IMG/VR virus record: IMGVR_UViG_3300044959_000303 | Span: 32,001-96,000 of that record | Source: a virus | Length of the DNA stretch: 64,000 nucleotides | Reading direction: 5' to 3' (one strand) | Shown here: positions 48,771 to 59,494 of the stretch, one piece after another | Position numbering within the stretch: the first letter of the stretch is position 1 | Layout: each line of letters begins with the position of its first letter | Notes under the pieces: generated by a model | Databases searched by the model: none | Told to the model about the DNA's origin: nothing | Seen by the model: only the letters and a program-made list of their open reading frames with translations | Translations under genes and position numbers: made by a program

Positions 48771-49194
48771 TTTCGAATCGAATTTTTTCAATTCATGATC
48801 TGAAAAATTCCGAAAAAATATGAAAATTTTTCGGAATTTTTTCGAATTGTCCATCCAGACAGACAATTCGAATTCGAAACGGAGATCATTTCTTGTGTGA
48901 TACTAGTATAATTATTGATGAATTTTCTTTCGACTGTCGAAACTTTTCAGAGTAATTTTTTCGAATCGAGAAAAATTGTTCCCAATTTTTTTCGAATTTT
49001 TTCGATTCGACACGAATATTCGAAAAACATCGAAAGAAAAATCTGTTTCGAATTTTTTCTGTCGAAAAAATTATCTTCGTTTTTTTTTTTCGGTATTCGA
49101 GGTGAAATATTTTCATGAAACGGACTTTCCACTGGACCATACACGATTACTGATTGTAAAACAGGCATAAATACGAACAAAAAGGAGAAATTCG

Positions 49195-49596
49195 ATGCCA
49201 ACGATATCATTTCAGATAAGAAAAGGTGAATATGTCATACCAGTTGCGGGTGTTTCGTCCGGCGATGAACTGAATGTATTCGATTTGAAAAATCTTGTGA
49301 AAAATGATGCCGTTGTACGTTCTTTTTCCGTGAGTTCTCAGGATTCAGCACCACGAGACATATTTTTCAAACCGGATGGTACGAAAATGTATGTGGTTGG
49401 ATCTACCAATGATAGAGTATATTCCTATACGTTGAGTACTCCATGGAACATCGGTACGGTAACCTATGACAATGTGAGCTTTTTTGTAGGTTCTCAGGAT
49501 GGTACTCCTACAGGTATATTCTTTCGACCGGACGGTACGAAAATGTACATGGTTGGAGCTGGCACTGATAGAGTATATTCGTATACTTTGATCTGA
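49195..49596 (+). CDS. short beta-propeller-repeat protein (possibly truncated)
   Basis: Two IFF(K/R)PDGTKMY.VG...DRVYSYTL repeats; AGGAG RBS, CATAAATA at 49166. Confidence 0.7.
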   Translation: MPTISFQIRKGEYVIPVAGVSSGDELNVFDLKNLVKNDAVVRSFSVSSQDSAPRDIFFKPDGTKMYVVGSTNDRVYSYTLSTPWNIGTVTYDNVSFFVGSQDGTPTGIFFRPDGTKMYMVGAGTDRVYSYTLI

Positions 49597-49763
49597 TTAC
49601 AGAAAATACGGTATTTTCTGTCAGAAAATTTTTTCTTATGGCAAGTATCATTTCGAAACAATCTGAACGGAAATTTCTTTCGAATTTCTTTTTCGACAGA
49701 ATTGTCCCGGATGTCTGACAGATATACGGGACATGATGTTTTCACAAGAGAAATGTCATATTC

Positions 49764-49853
49764 ACCATACATGATTGCAAAACAGGCACAATTACGGACA
49801 AAAAAATACTTCGATATCAATATCATTTCGAACAGGAACAGATGAACATGTCA
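49764..49853 (+). pseudogene. degenerate copy of the promoter/RBS/5' end of 49195..49596
   Basis: Aligns by eye to 49136-49237 with CATAAATA, AGGAG and ATG all lost. Confidence 0.65.
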
Positions 49854-50097
49854 CGGTCTGAAAAAATTCTGTAAAAATACGAAAATTTTTCTTTGCTTTT
49901 TCGAAAGCAATTTCGGGTTGAACCCGAAATTGCTTCATTTATTCGAATGTTGCGGACAGAATGTCCAGTACCGCTCGAATATGCTTTCATGATCATTTCA
50001 ATCGAGAATTTTCTTTTTTCGGCATGTCACGAGTTCGAAAATTCCAATTGCCAACAGATATACGATCTTTTCCATGAAAAAAATCAACCGTCATTTT

Positions 50098-51198
50098 TCA
50101 CGAATTCACGAAATACCACCATTTCGAATGTCCGCAATCGTAAATTTTCGAAAATCCGAGTTCGCCGGTTATCATTTTTTCCGACCAGCTTTCGATATTG
50201 TCGATCAGATGCCCGTATCTTCGAATCAAAAGATCCTTTCGAAAACTGAAACGATGTTTTCGGGTATAGAAATCTTTCGTATACCAGTAACCGGGACCAT
50301 AGTAATCGTATTCCTTGACAAAATTCGATCTTTCCAATGATTCGCCGGTGAACCATCGATTGTCGATGAACGTGTATATCGAATTCGGGAAATTCATTTT
50401 GATGAAATTTTTCAGAATTTTTTCGAATCCTCCGATGACACGAACATCACCCTTGATCGCATATCTTGTCAATTCCCATATATTGTTGTCTTTTGCCGGT
50501 TTCGAGCCGATTCCGAGACGTGATTTGCTGAAAGAAGCGATCGAAACGAGATCGTGAATGATCTCGTCTCCGTGATACAGACCAAGATGTACGATGGCCG
50601 GAGCAAAATCCTGCAAATGATGACGATTGTAGAATTTTCGGGCTTCGGAAGGCTCGACAATCGACACGAAGCATTTTCTTGCCGGTATCGGTTTGCTCGT
50701 AGGTTTCAGAACGTTCTTCAGAATTTTCTTGCATATGTCTTTTCTGAACAGCCATTCATCCGAAAAAATCTGTATCAATCGAACGTTCCTGCTTTTTGCA
50801 ATCAACCATTTGTTCAGAAGATAATGTGACGGATTGGAAATACCTCTTTTTCGCAGAGCATTTTCGGAAAAACATTCCAGACTGTGAAAATCGATGGCAA
50901 AACCGATGTCCGGAAAATACAGATCCACGATATCTTTCCTGTCGTAAAGTTCATTGTAATGACGAACAATTCTGCCATGATAGATTTCTTTCACGAATTG
51001 AAATATTTCTTCTTCTCCGGTATGTTCCAGATTCGAAATGTCGAATTTTATCGGAACTTCCACATATATCGACTGTTCCTCGGGAAAATTCAGAAAACTT
51101 TCGTATTTTTTCTCGATTTCGTTTTTCATTCTGTTTTTCCGGAATTTCATGAATCGAAATTTTTTTTTCATACTATGGTTTTTTTTCTCGAATTTCAA
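50098..51198 (-). CDS. Hef-like homing endonuclease (PD-(D/E)XK + ARKC-containing C-terminal domain)
   Basis: VDLYFPD..FAIDF, LIQIFSDEW, PARKC, HHLQ, WELTRY, GGFEK, IDNRW, IYDCG motifs; start uncertain. Confidence 0.75.
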   Translation of the reverse strand: MKFEKKNHSMKKKFRFMKFRKNRMKNEIEKKYESFLNFPEEQSIYVEVPIKFDISNLEHTGEEEIFQFVKEIYHGRIVRHYNELYDRKDIVDLYFPDIGFAIDFHSLECFSENALRKRGISNPSHYLLNKWLIAKSRNVRLIQIFSDEWLFRKDICKKILKNVLKPTSKPIPARKCFVSIVEPSEARKFYNRHHLQDFAPAIVHLGLYHGDEIIHDLVSIASFSKSRLGIGSKPAKDNNIWELTRYAIKGDVRVIGGFEKILKNFIKMNFPNSIYTFIDNRWFTGESLERSNFVKEYDYYGPGYWYTKDFYTRKHRFSFRKDLLIRRYGHLIDNIESWSEKMITGELGFSKIYDCGHSKWWYFVNS

Positions 51199-51376
51199 TA
51201 TTTTCGACGGAACGAGATTTCGAAATCATTATGTACCGAAAAGCAACAGATACGAACAAAAAAATCGAAAAAAAAGTGAAAAGAATTGTCGATTTCACGA
51301 TTCGAAAAAAATCGATCGAAAAATATTTCGCGACGTGTCGAAAATTTTCTTCGAAACAAATGAAAAAAATCAGAGT

Positions 51377-52315
51377 TCAACGTGAAGTTTTCAGATTGTA
51401 GAATTCTCTCAGTTTTTTCTCGACAAGTTCTTTGTTGTACGAAAAGAAATCTTCTTCGAAATAATAGAAAACATCGTCTGTGATCATGATTTCGTTACCG
51501 GATTTCACCGCTTCTTCGAAATATCTGTTCTCGAAGTCTTCGGTAATTTCATTTCGCGGAATTCGAAGAATTTTACGAATCTTCTGTTCTGGAAAAATTT
51601 TCAGAATCAGTTTCATCAAACTGAAATGGAAACTGCTTTTTGTCATTCCACTTTTCGAAATCAGTTCTTTCATGATTTTCTTCGCTGTTTCGGATCTTTT
51701 CTGCAAATTCTTTTCATAGAAAATATTTTCCATGATTTCCGAAATTTCATTCTTATCCAGTTTCACCCAGTTCATGTTCATCAACAGATTGTAGAAATCC
51801 AATGATTTTTTCACAATTTCTTCGTAGGAAAAATCGACCAGTTTGTCCATCATGTCGTCTTCGACAAATTTGTCCAGATGAAAATCCACGATATGTGAAT
51901 TCCATGTAAAGGAAAAATTTTTCGGAGGAAAAATTACGAACAGATTCCTTTTCGTGTCACTCGAAATATCGAGAAATTCGGAAGCAAGTTCCTTGCTTCC
52001 TGTCACGAATATGCTATTTTTTCTCAAAGCTTTCAAACCTCTGGTTCGAAGAAAATCGTCCAGTATTTCCGAATAGATTTTCGGTGTATCCAGAGGTTCA
52101 CGATTTTTTCGAATTTTCTTGATTCCGAAATATTTCGAATATTCCGGATTGTGTCGATCTGCCCTGTACAATGGATGTTTCATCAGAAACAGAGTGGTAT
52201 ACGAATCGGTGTTCGAAGCCATTTCCCGAAGAAAAATGTGCAGAATTCTGTCGAATTCATTCGACTCGACAATTCTTTTTTCTTTTTCCGGAGAAAAAAT
52301 TTCATTCATTTTCAT
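51377..52315 (-). CDS. putative internal head protein, ADP-ribosyltransferase-like (paralog 3)
   Basis: MKMNE start, HPLYRA / RKNSIFVTG / GNEIMIT; GATAAATA at 52338-52345. Confidence 0.5.
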   Translation of the reverse strand: MKMNEIFSPEKEKRIVESNEFDRILHIFLREMASNTDSYTTLFLMKHPLYRADRHNPEYSKYFGIKKIRKNREPLDTPKIYSEILDDFLRTRGLKALRKNSIFVTGSKELASEFLDISSDTKRNLFVIFPPKNFSFTWNSHIVDFHLDKFVEDDMMDKLVDFSYEEIVKKSLDFYNLLMNMNWVKLDKNEISEIMENIFYEKNLQKRSETAKKIMKELISKSGMTKSSFHFSLMKLILKIFPEQKIRKILRIPRNEITEDFENRYFEEAVKSGNEIMITDDVFYYFEEDFFSYNKELVEKKLREFYNLKTSR

Positions 52316-52581
52316 GAAAAAAAATCTCCTTTTTTCCTATTTATCGAAGTTTTCTGCAGATATGTCCGAAAAAACAGACAGTATTCCGTTTTCATGAACT
52401 TCGATCATTTTTTCGAAGAATTTCTTTTTTTACATGTTCTTGCTTTCTACGACGAATGTATTCTTTTTTCTGTTTTTTCCGAATTCGATTATCGGAACAA
52501 TATCGAATTTCACGACAAACCGAAATCGTTTTTTCGGAAAGTCGAAAAGAAATTTTCATGTCGTTTTTTTTTTTTTCGATT

Positions 52582-53199
52582 CTAGAAAATGAACCTGTTC
52601 GTCAGATTGTATTTCCCGATAATGTTTCTTATTCTTCTGTAATTTCCACCATGTGGATTCATTCCCAATTTTTTCATGGCCTTGTATATGCTGTCACATT
52701 CTTCGAGTGCTTTCAGAATTTCTTCTTCTTCGTATATCGTTTTTCCGGGTTTCGAAATGTTTCTGTTTTTGTAGTTGTTGGTTTGACTATGACAATTCGG
52801 ACATATCAGACGAAGATTTTCCCTTCTGTTGTCATTTCTGTTTCCATTCATGTGATCCAATTCGAATTTCAGTGGTTTGTTGTTCCATTCTTGTGAAATT
52901 CCACATGAAATGCACTTTCCATTCTGTTCCATCAAAATTCTTTCTCTTTTTTCCCGATTCGTAAGTTCCGACCAGTTTGCGTTCCGTATTTTTCTTTCTC
53001 TGTTTTCGAGATATTTTTCGTGTTTCGACAATGCTGCCTTTCTGGCTATTTCCTTTCTTCTTTGCGAATCTTCCATACGAAAGAGTTTTTTTCCTTCTTT
53101 TCTGCAATTTCGACAGACGAATCTGCCTGCATGAATCGATCTTTCTTCTTTTTCTTTACATATTTCACAGGCCAGTATTTTCGTCGATTCTTTTTTCAT
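52582..53199 (-). CDS. HNH endonuclease
   Basis: C..CG....W...P..FELDHMNGNRNDNRRENLRLICPNCHSQT. Confidence 0.9.
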   Translation of the reverse strand: MKKESTKILACEICKEKEERSIHAGRFVCRNCRKEGKKLFRMEDSQRRKEIARKAALSKHEKYLENRERKIRNANWSELTNREKRERILMEQNGKCISCGISQEWNNKPLKFELDHMNGNRNDNRRENLRLICPNCHSQTNNYKNRNISKPGKTIYEEEEILKALEECDSIYKAMKKLGMNPHGGNYRRIRNIIGKYNLTNRFIF

Positions 53200-53215
53200 T
53201 TTCTGTTTTTGTTCA

Positions 53216-53291
<76 letters not shown>

Positions 53292-53567
53292 ATGAAAATT
53301 TCGATCCGATTTCATCTTCATTCGGGTAAATACGAGTAACAGAAAAATTCGAGCATGTCAATCTTTTTTTTCGAAGAAGAGAATTTTCGTGAATTTTTTT
53401 CTTTTTTACAAAGTTTTTTTTTCGTCGATCGATTCGTATCGAAATTTTTTCGGAATTGACAAAAAAAGAAAGATATGACATATTTTCCGGTGAAAATATA
53501 TGATTGCTCGTTTTTTATTGCAAATTTTTTTTCGAAAGGTAAATAAACACAGGGAAGCATCGAAAAA

Positions 53568-54128
53568 ATGAAAAATTATCGTTGTGTTCTTCTACTGAAT
53601 TCGGATGTTCAACCACTCAGTCTGGTTCCATTGTCCATTGTATCGTGGCAATTTGCCATAAAAAACATTTTTCTCGGAAGATTGATCGTTCTCGAATCAT
53701 ACGACGAAGTTCTGAGAAGTCAGAGACATGAAATCAGAATACCATCCGTTGTAATGTTGAATTCTTATTCCTATCGGGAAAGAAAAGTAAAACTGACCAA
53801 ACACAATCTCTTTTTGAGAGACGAATATCGTTGTCAATATTGCAACAAGGAATTTTTCGGAAGCCAGAATCTGACTTTCGATCATGTAATACCGAAAAGC
53901 AAAGGCGGAAAAACTGTTTGGGAAAATATCGTGACTTCCTGTGAAATCTGTAATATGAAAAAAAAGGATACATATGTGGAACCATTGAAAAGACCACATG
54001 TTCCTTCTTATTACGAACTTGCCGAAAAACGTAGAAAATTTCCAATTACGATTTTTCACGAAACATGGAATCTGTATCTGTGTTGGGACGAAGACAAAAC
54101 AATTCACAAAAAAATTCGATTTCGATGA
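53568..54128 (+). CDS. HNH endonuclease (McrA-like)
   Basis: VLLLN...PL, PSVV.L, NLFLRD.YRCQYC, LTFDHVIPKSKGG...WENIVTSC..CN. Confidence 0.92.
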   Translation: MKNYRCVLLLNSDVQPLSLVPLSIVSWQFAIKNIFLGRLIVLESYDEVLRSQRHEIRIPSVVMLNSYSYRERKVKLTKHNLFLRDEYRCQYCNKEFFGSQNLTFDHVIPKSKGGKTVWENIVTSCEICNMKKKDTYVEPLKRPHVPSYYELAEKRRKFPITIFHETWNLYLCWDEDKTIHKKIRFR

Positions 54129-54240
54129 TTTTTTTTTTTCGAAATCGAAATTTTCGAATTCGAAAAAATTCGATGAAAAAATGATAAATTAATATTGAAT
54201 TATTTCGAAAGAAAAATTATTCTTATTACAAAATCAGAAA

Positions 54241-54576
54241 ATGAAGGAGAAAGTAATTATGGAAAACACATCGTCACTCAGCATCAAGGATCTGGTAGAT
54301 CTGTTGAATCTTGTCGAATATGCGGAGAAAAACGGAGCCTATTCGGAATTTACCTTTATCAGTGAAAAGGTTACCGAATTGAAAAAAAAGGTTGTAAATT
54401 TCGTAAACAGTGCATCGGCTAATGCAGCTTCGGCAAACAATACGAACAGACAGGAAAATACGAGTTCGGTAAATACCACCAATACAACAAATACAACAAA
54501 TATGGCAAATACAACCAATATTGAAAAAGTTCAGGAAAACGAAACGGGCAGGGAACGAAAAAACAGAAGAAAATAG
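54241..54576 (+). CDS. hypothetical protein
   Basis: LSIKDL...L.LV.YA...GAY motif, N/T-rich tail; start may be the second Met. Confidence 0.65.
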   Translation: MKEKVIMENTSSLSIKDLVDLLNLVEYAEKNGAYSEFTFISEKVTELKKKVVNFVNSASANAASANNTNRQENTSSVNTTNTTNTTNMANTTNIEKVQENETGRERKNRRK

Positions 54577-54659
54577 AAGAAAATAAAACATTTCGAAATT
54601 TCGAATGTTTTTTCCTGTAAATTTTTTGAAGAAAATTTTTCGAAAAAAGGAGATACATA

Positions 54660-55496
54660 ATGTTCAAACATGTTGGAGTCATAAAAAACACCGGAAAAAA
54701 GTGTGTCATTCTGTTTCTCGAAATTCCGGGAAGAGAAACTCACGCACTTGTTGTAGAACCTGACAGTTTACCCGACATGCTACATGATCATGTCATGAGT
54801 TTGCTCGAAAGTGCGGAAGGGCAAGCTGCAACGAATTTCGGAGAAGTGCTCGGCAGAAGATTTCTCGCAGACAAAAATACTACAGTTCTGGAGGAACTTC
54901 ACAATCGAAGATATCTTCAACCCGTGCCGCATACCAATATTGTCATGATGCCCGGGGGTAACAACAGAGTGGAAATGGCAGAAGTCATGAATGCCTTGAG
55001 AAAAATGAGACAAGGTCAGAACTTTGCAGAAACGAACTTTGCAAATGAACATATGTCGGGAAGATTCGGAACCGACGAATCATACATGAACGATTCATAT
55101 ACGAATCGAACCATGCCAAGTACCATGCCAAATGACATGTTTCAGGAAACATCGAATTTGCAACATGTTTCGCAAGAAAATTCGAATTTGGAAAATCTGT
55201 TCAGAGAACATATGGAAATGATAAAATTGTTGTACAATGACTTGTCGAATCGAGTTCGTCAACTGGAGGAAATTGCCAATGAAAATTCAAAATTGATGAG
55301 TATGGTCGAAAATATGAAAAAAGAACTTGGCATGAATTCGAATTCCGATTCGATTTCGGTTTTGTCTCGAAGCAATGAAAAAATCGATTCGAATCATTCG
55401 AACGAATCGAATCATTCGAATGAATATGAATCGAATGAATCGAATGAATCGAGAATGACAAATAAAAAAATGAAAAAAGTAAAAGAAAATCAATGA
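54660..55496 (+). CDS. hypothetical jumbo-phage protein
   Basis: MFKHVG start, AGGAG RBS, low-complexity SNE tail. Confidence 0.75.
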   Translation: MFKHVGVIKNTGKKCVILFLEIPGRETHALVVEPDSLPDMLHDHVMSLLESAEGQAATNFGEVLGRRFLADKNTTVLEELHNRRYLQPVPHTNIVMMPGGNNRVEMAEVMNALRKMRQGQNFAETNFANEHMSGRFGTDESYMNDSYTNRTMPSTMPNDMFQETSNLQHVSQENSNLENLFREHMEMIKLLYNDLSNRVRQLEEIANENSKLMSMVENMKKELGMNSNSDSISVLSRSNEKIDSNHSNESNHSNEYESNESNESRMTNKKMKKVKENQ

Positions 55497-55741
55497 ATCG
55501 AAAACGAAAAAGGGTGGAAAGAGACGATAATCGGAAAAAAAAATGAAATCGACTCGAATTCGACAAAATGAAAAAAATGATAAATAACATTAGATACTTG
55601 AAATTCGAATGATATGAAAAAATCGAATTCGTCGATCGTGAAAACATCATGATGAAATCGATTTTTTTCCGGAAAAAAAATTCAATTGGAAATTTTATTG
55701 TAATTCATTTCAAAATTCATTCTTAAAGAAAACAGGAATTC

Positions 55742-56425
55742 ATGAGCAAGATAAACATCAGTCAGATTAAAAATTTGCCTAAGGCTTCACCGAGATCTTT
55801 CATCATTTTCGACGGTTCCGACAATGTATGGAGCAATAGCGCAAATTCTTCTTTTGTTCTTCCGGCGGGTACAAGTGCAAACAGACCATCTTCTCCTGTC
55901 CGAGGAGAATTCCGTTACAATACCGGTTCCAATTTTCTCGAATTTTTCAACGGAAGTCAATGGACAGCCGTACCCGTATCAGCCGGCACGAATGTAAATC
56001 AAACATATATTCTGTTTTCGAACAACGGTGGTTATGCAGAAACCATAACCACAACGTGGACAAACATTGCCGTCTTTGCAACCGTTTCGATAATCGACAG
56101 TATCTACGAAATTCTGTCACCTTACATTCTTCAAATCAACAGCAGTGGTACTTATAGAATCAGATATCATGGAACTGCATTTCACAACGTAAATACACAG
56201 ACAACTTCCGAATGGTCTCTGGTCATTGGTGGAACTGCTTTTCAAACTTCCTATTCTTATGGTATTCACAGAGGTACTCCCAATTCACAAGACACGGCTT
56301 CGAAAGAAGTCATTGCACAGATAACAGGTGGGCAGCAGGTAAGTTTGCGAGCAAGAGTGTACAGTGGTGAAAATCTGATAGCCACGACATACGAATGTAC
56401 GATCATTGTGGAGAAAATCAGATAA
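55742..56425 (+). CDS. putative virion fibre/decoration protein
   Basis: LPAGTSANRP....GEFRYNT...LEFFNG.QW motif plus beta-rich C-terminal domain. Confidence 0.7.
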   Translation: MSKINISQIKNLPKASPRSFIIFDGSDNVWSNSANSSFVLPAGTSANRPSSPVRGEFRYNTGSNFLEFFNGSQWTAVPVSAGTNVNQTYILFSNNGGYAETITTTWTNIAVFATVSIIDSIYEILSPYILQINSSGTYRIRYHGTAFHNVNTQTTSEWSLVIGGTAFQTSYSYGIHRGTPNSQDTASKEVIAQITGGQQVSLRARVYSGENLIATTYECTIIVEKIR

Positions 56426-56508
56426 AAAAAAACTCGAATAAATAGAAGCAAAAAAATGTTTTTTTCAAAAAATTTTTCACGGAAACATCATATGAAGGAA
56501 TATGAAAA

Positions 56509-57174
56509 ATGGAATATGAATTTGTATTGAACAATCATGAAAATCCCTGTCACGATATACTGATTCAGTACATCAATACGAATTATTCCTGGGGTTCCAA
56601 GATTTTCAAGATAATTGTCGATTATTCGACACATCGAACAATAATATTGTCGAATGCTCCTTTGACGAATGATGAAAAAAATCAGATACAGAATCTCGTG
56701 AATGTCTGGAGTTGTGATCTGAATTTCACCGATCCGAATACAAATTCGACTCCACCAGTATTTGTCGATGAAGATTTTCTGAATAGTCTGAAAGGACCTT
56801 ATCTGTTTTCACACAATACTGTCAATGTGAAAAACAAATGGTTGTTGATCGATGACATGACAAGTGACAAAACATCTTACAATATTCCTTTCAAAGGAAA
56901 ACTCGCAGTAATAACATTCGACAACAACGAAACGAATCTGTATTTCAAACTCAACATATATCGAAACGATGACAAGGTTCTCACCAGAATCATTACTCAC
57001 AGAAAAATAACAATTTTCGACATTCCACCGAATATCGAATTCGAACCTAACGACGGTCTGAGTGTTTTTGTCGAAAAGATGAATGAACATCAGAATCCAA
57101 GTTATCCGAGTGTATGCATATATTTCGAAATGAATTCGAATTTCGAAAGAAAAAATTACTTTCAGAATACATAA
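56509..57174 (+). CDS. putative virion structural protein
   Basis: 221 aa, AATAAATA late motif at 56437. Confidence 0.6.
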   Translation: MEYEFVLNNHENPCHDILIQYINTNYSWGSKIFKIIVDYSTHRTIILSNAPLTNDEKNQIQNLVNVWSCDLNFTDPNTNSTPPVFVDEDFLNSLKGPYLFSHNTVNVKNKWLLIDDMTSDKTSYNIPFKGKLAVITFDNNETNLYFKLNIYRNDDKVLTRIITHRKITIFDIPPNIEFEPNDGLSVFVEKMNEHQNPSYPSVCIYFEMNSNFERKNYFQNT

Positions 57175-57251
57175 ATATATGAAGAATATGCAAAGAAAAG
57201 ATCGACAAACGGAAAATTCGTGAATCAACGAAAAATACAGGAACAGAAGTC

Positions 57252-58208
57252 ATGCCGATTTACAGAGTCAAAAATACCGGAGTTTCAGGCATAACTGTTG
57301 TCGGACAGTATATATCGGCAATGAAATACCATGAAATTCAAAGTATCGAATTGAACAGATGGGCCAATGATCCGGAAGTCATGAATCTCATATCGAATGG
57401 TATTCTTGTTGTCAACAAAGGTCAGGATGATGTCGATGATATAACGAATCCGGTGGAAGGATGGAAATATCTTCAGGGAGACATAAAACCACCGACAGAT
57501 ACATTGGGAAGATGGACCATTGTCATCGGTAATCCGTCGGAAGATCCTGCAAAAAGGCCGTTTCTTCTTACAGCGAGTGTATTTCTGGACAGTTTTTCCG
57601 AATACAGGGAAAACATTTTTTTCGATGACGAAGAAGAAAAATCCATATATATCGAGCAGATCATAGCAACAAGTCCGGAAGTGAATTACAGAGTGAGTCT
57701 GGAAAAAATTCGAACGCTTTCTTCTGGCAAGGAAATTGTTTTCAATGATTTCATGAACATGAAAAATACATGGCAAATGAAAGTGGATGAAAATTTCGTA
57801 AGTGCGAACAGAACTTCTTTTGTCGTAAGTGCTGCCAGAGGACTCAAATTCGAATATTTTCCTTCGAGTGCTTACTATATTTTCGAGGGTGACACAATCG
57901 GTCGGCAGTTGTCCGGAAAAACCATATATGTAGAAAAAATCATCGATATCGATAGTTCTTCGAAAATCGTCACATTGGAAAATCCCCTGACCGTAAATCT
58001 GGATCGTGAAGTAAAAATCATCTTTGCAGAAAGACCTATAGTGACATTGACCGGAGACAAAAATACTTCGGTTGTCAAAACAGACTATCCTTTCAAGGTG
58101 AATTCCAGAAATATCGAAAATTCATATCTGTCGTTGAAGATCGAAAATCTCGATGATCAGCAGGCAGGATTGATTTCCGTGACAGTTTATGGTTATCAGG
58201 ATTCGTGA
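57252..58208 (+). CDS. putative virion structural protein
   Basis: 318 aa beta-rich, CATAAATA at 57170. Confidence 0.6.
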   Translation: MPIYRVKNTGVSGITVVGQYISAMKYHEIQSIELNRWANDPEVMNLISNGILVVNKGQDDVDDITNPVEGWKYLQGDIKPPTDTLGRWTIVIGNPSEDPAKRPFLLTASVFLDSFSEYRENIFFDDEEEKSIYIEQIIATSPEVNYRVSLEKIRTLSSGKEIVFNDFMNMKNTWQMKVDENFVSANRTSFVVSAARGLKFEYFPSSAYYIFEGDTIGRQLSGKTIYVEKIIDIDSSSKIVTLENPLTVNLDREVKIIFAERPIVTLTGDKNTSVVKTDYPFKVNSRNIENSYLSLKIENLDDQQAGLISVTVYGYQDS

Positions 58209-58235
58209 TAAATTTTTTTCGGGAAGATATGGCGA

Positions 58236-58272
58236 ATATCTGGCAGATATCTGGTAAATATCTGGTAAATAT
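58236..58272 (+). repeat. 3 x 11-bp tandem repeat (atatctggtaa)
   Basis: Direct read; generates two GGTAAATA late-promoter-like motifs. Confidence 0.8.
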
Positions 58273-58363
58273 ATGAAAAAAGATGCGAAAAAAATTGTAA
58301 AAATGTTTTTTTCGGAAAAAAAGAGATTATAGAGTTTTCGGAAAAGAGGAATCGGGGAAAAAA

Positions 58364-59344
58364 ATGCAGAATGTAACACTGGGACTGGTGAAAAAATCAG
58401 ATTGGGAAACCATAAAAAACATACATCTGACAAAAAATGCGCCTTTGGATTATATCGAATTCAAGAAATATTACAACGTTTTCGTTGTCTGGAACACGAC
58501 GAAATTCGTCACGAATCTTTTCAAACCCGAATATTCGAAAGAAGTTATCGGCAAAAAATCGACGAACAACGATGATTATTGGGATTTTGTTCATCATTTC
58601 AAATCGAAAATCGATTCAAATCCTCCCGATACCAATCCTGTCAATATTTCGGGTGTGATGAAAACCGGAGCAAAACTGCAGATACACGAAAGCAGCAGAC
58701 CGGACAGAACCGACAAGAAATATGTTTCTTGTTGGTCGGGCGTCGGTGACGATGTAGAAAATCACGTAATATGGGGCGGCCCGAAATTGGTAATACAGAA
58801 CGAGCCGGGAATTGCCACGAAAACCGTGGATTTCAGTTTCGATCCTCTGTTCGGTGAAGTCTGGATTCACGAAGGTTATGCAATGTGGGAGGGTGCAGGT
58901 TTCGGTGATGCCATAAGTGTTCATGTCATGGCTCCCGGTGTTCAGTTGCAGACACTTTCGAATCTCGATCTCGTTCTGTCTGCAAATACGGTGAAATACA
59001 GTTCTTCCGGTCCGGGAACAGGAACGCATGGTTTTGCTTCGATACCTGCTCCCGTACCGGTGTACGATTCCACCGGTGACTGGAATATCGACGAAAACAA
59101 CAATCTGATTCCCGACTTTTCCGGAAATGGAAAGTACAAAATATATACCGAAGAAAAAACGGTATTTCGATTTTTGGAAAAAATTCCCATCGGTGGAACA
59201 ACATATTCGTACACGATGTTACAATCGGCAGATTCGTCCCAGTTGATTCATCCATATTTCGTGAGACTGATATCTCACAATACCTCGAATTCTTCATGGA
59301 AAATATGGTTCTTTGTCACTCTCTATCGTGAAAGAACAACATGA
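58364..59344 (+). CDS. putative virion structural protein
   Basis: 326 aa beta-rich ORF in a late cluster. Confidence 0.6.
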   Translation: MQNVTLGLVKKSDWETIKNIHLTKNAPLDYIEFKKYYNVFVVWNTTKFVTNLFKPEYSKEVIGKKSTNNDDYWDFVHHFKSKIDSNPPDTNPVNISGVMKTGAKLQIHESSRPDRTDKKYVSCWSGVGDDVENHVIWGGPKLVIQNEPGIATKTVDFSFDPLFGEVWIHEGYAMWEGAGFGDAISVHVMAPGVQLQTLSNLDLVLSANTVKYSSSGPGTGTHGFASIPAPVPVYDSTGDWNIDENNNLIPDFSGNGKYKIYTEEKTVFRFLEKIPIGGTTYSYTMLQSADSSQLIHPYFVRLISHNTSNSSWKIWFFVTLYRERTT

Positions 59345-59390
59345 TTTTTCGATTCGAAAAAAAAAAATTGAGTTTTTTTTCTTTTTGTCT

Positions 59391-59418
59391 AATATTGCAA
59401 TATGAATATTGCAATATG
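59391..59418. repeat. 2 x 14-bp tandem repeat containing palindrome ATATTGCAATAT
   Basis: aatattgcaatatg twice. Confidence 0.8.
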
Positions 59419-59494
59419 AAGTAACAACGAAAACTGGAAAAAATTTTCTTCGATTGTAAAAAAATTCGAATATGAAACAGATTCAAGGCATGAA

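Noticed and set aside
48507-50218. DGR template/variable repeat pair (also 29496/30852)
   Set aside because: No reverse transcriptase in the window, and only single mismatches that are not adenine-specific on the coding strand
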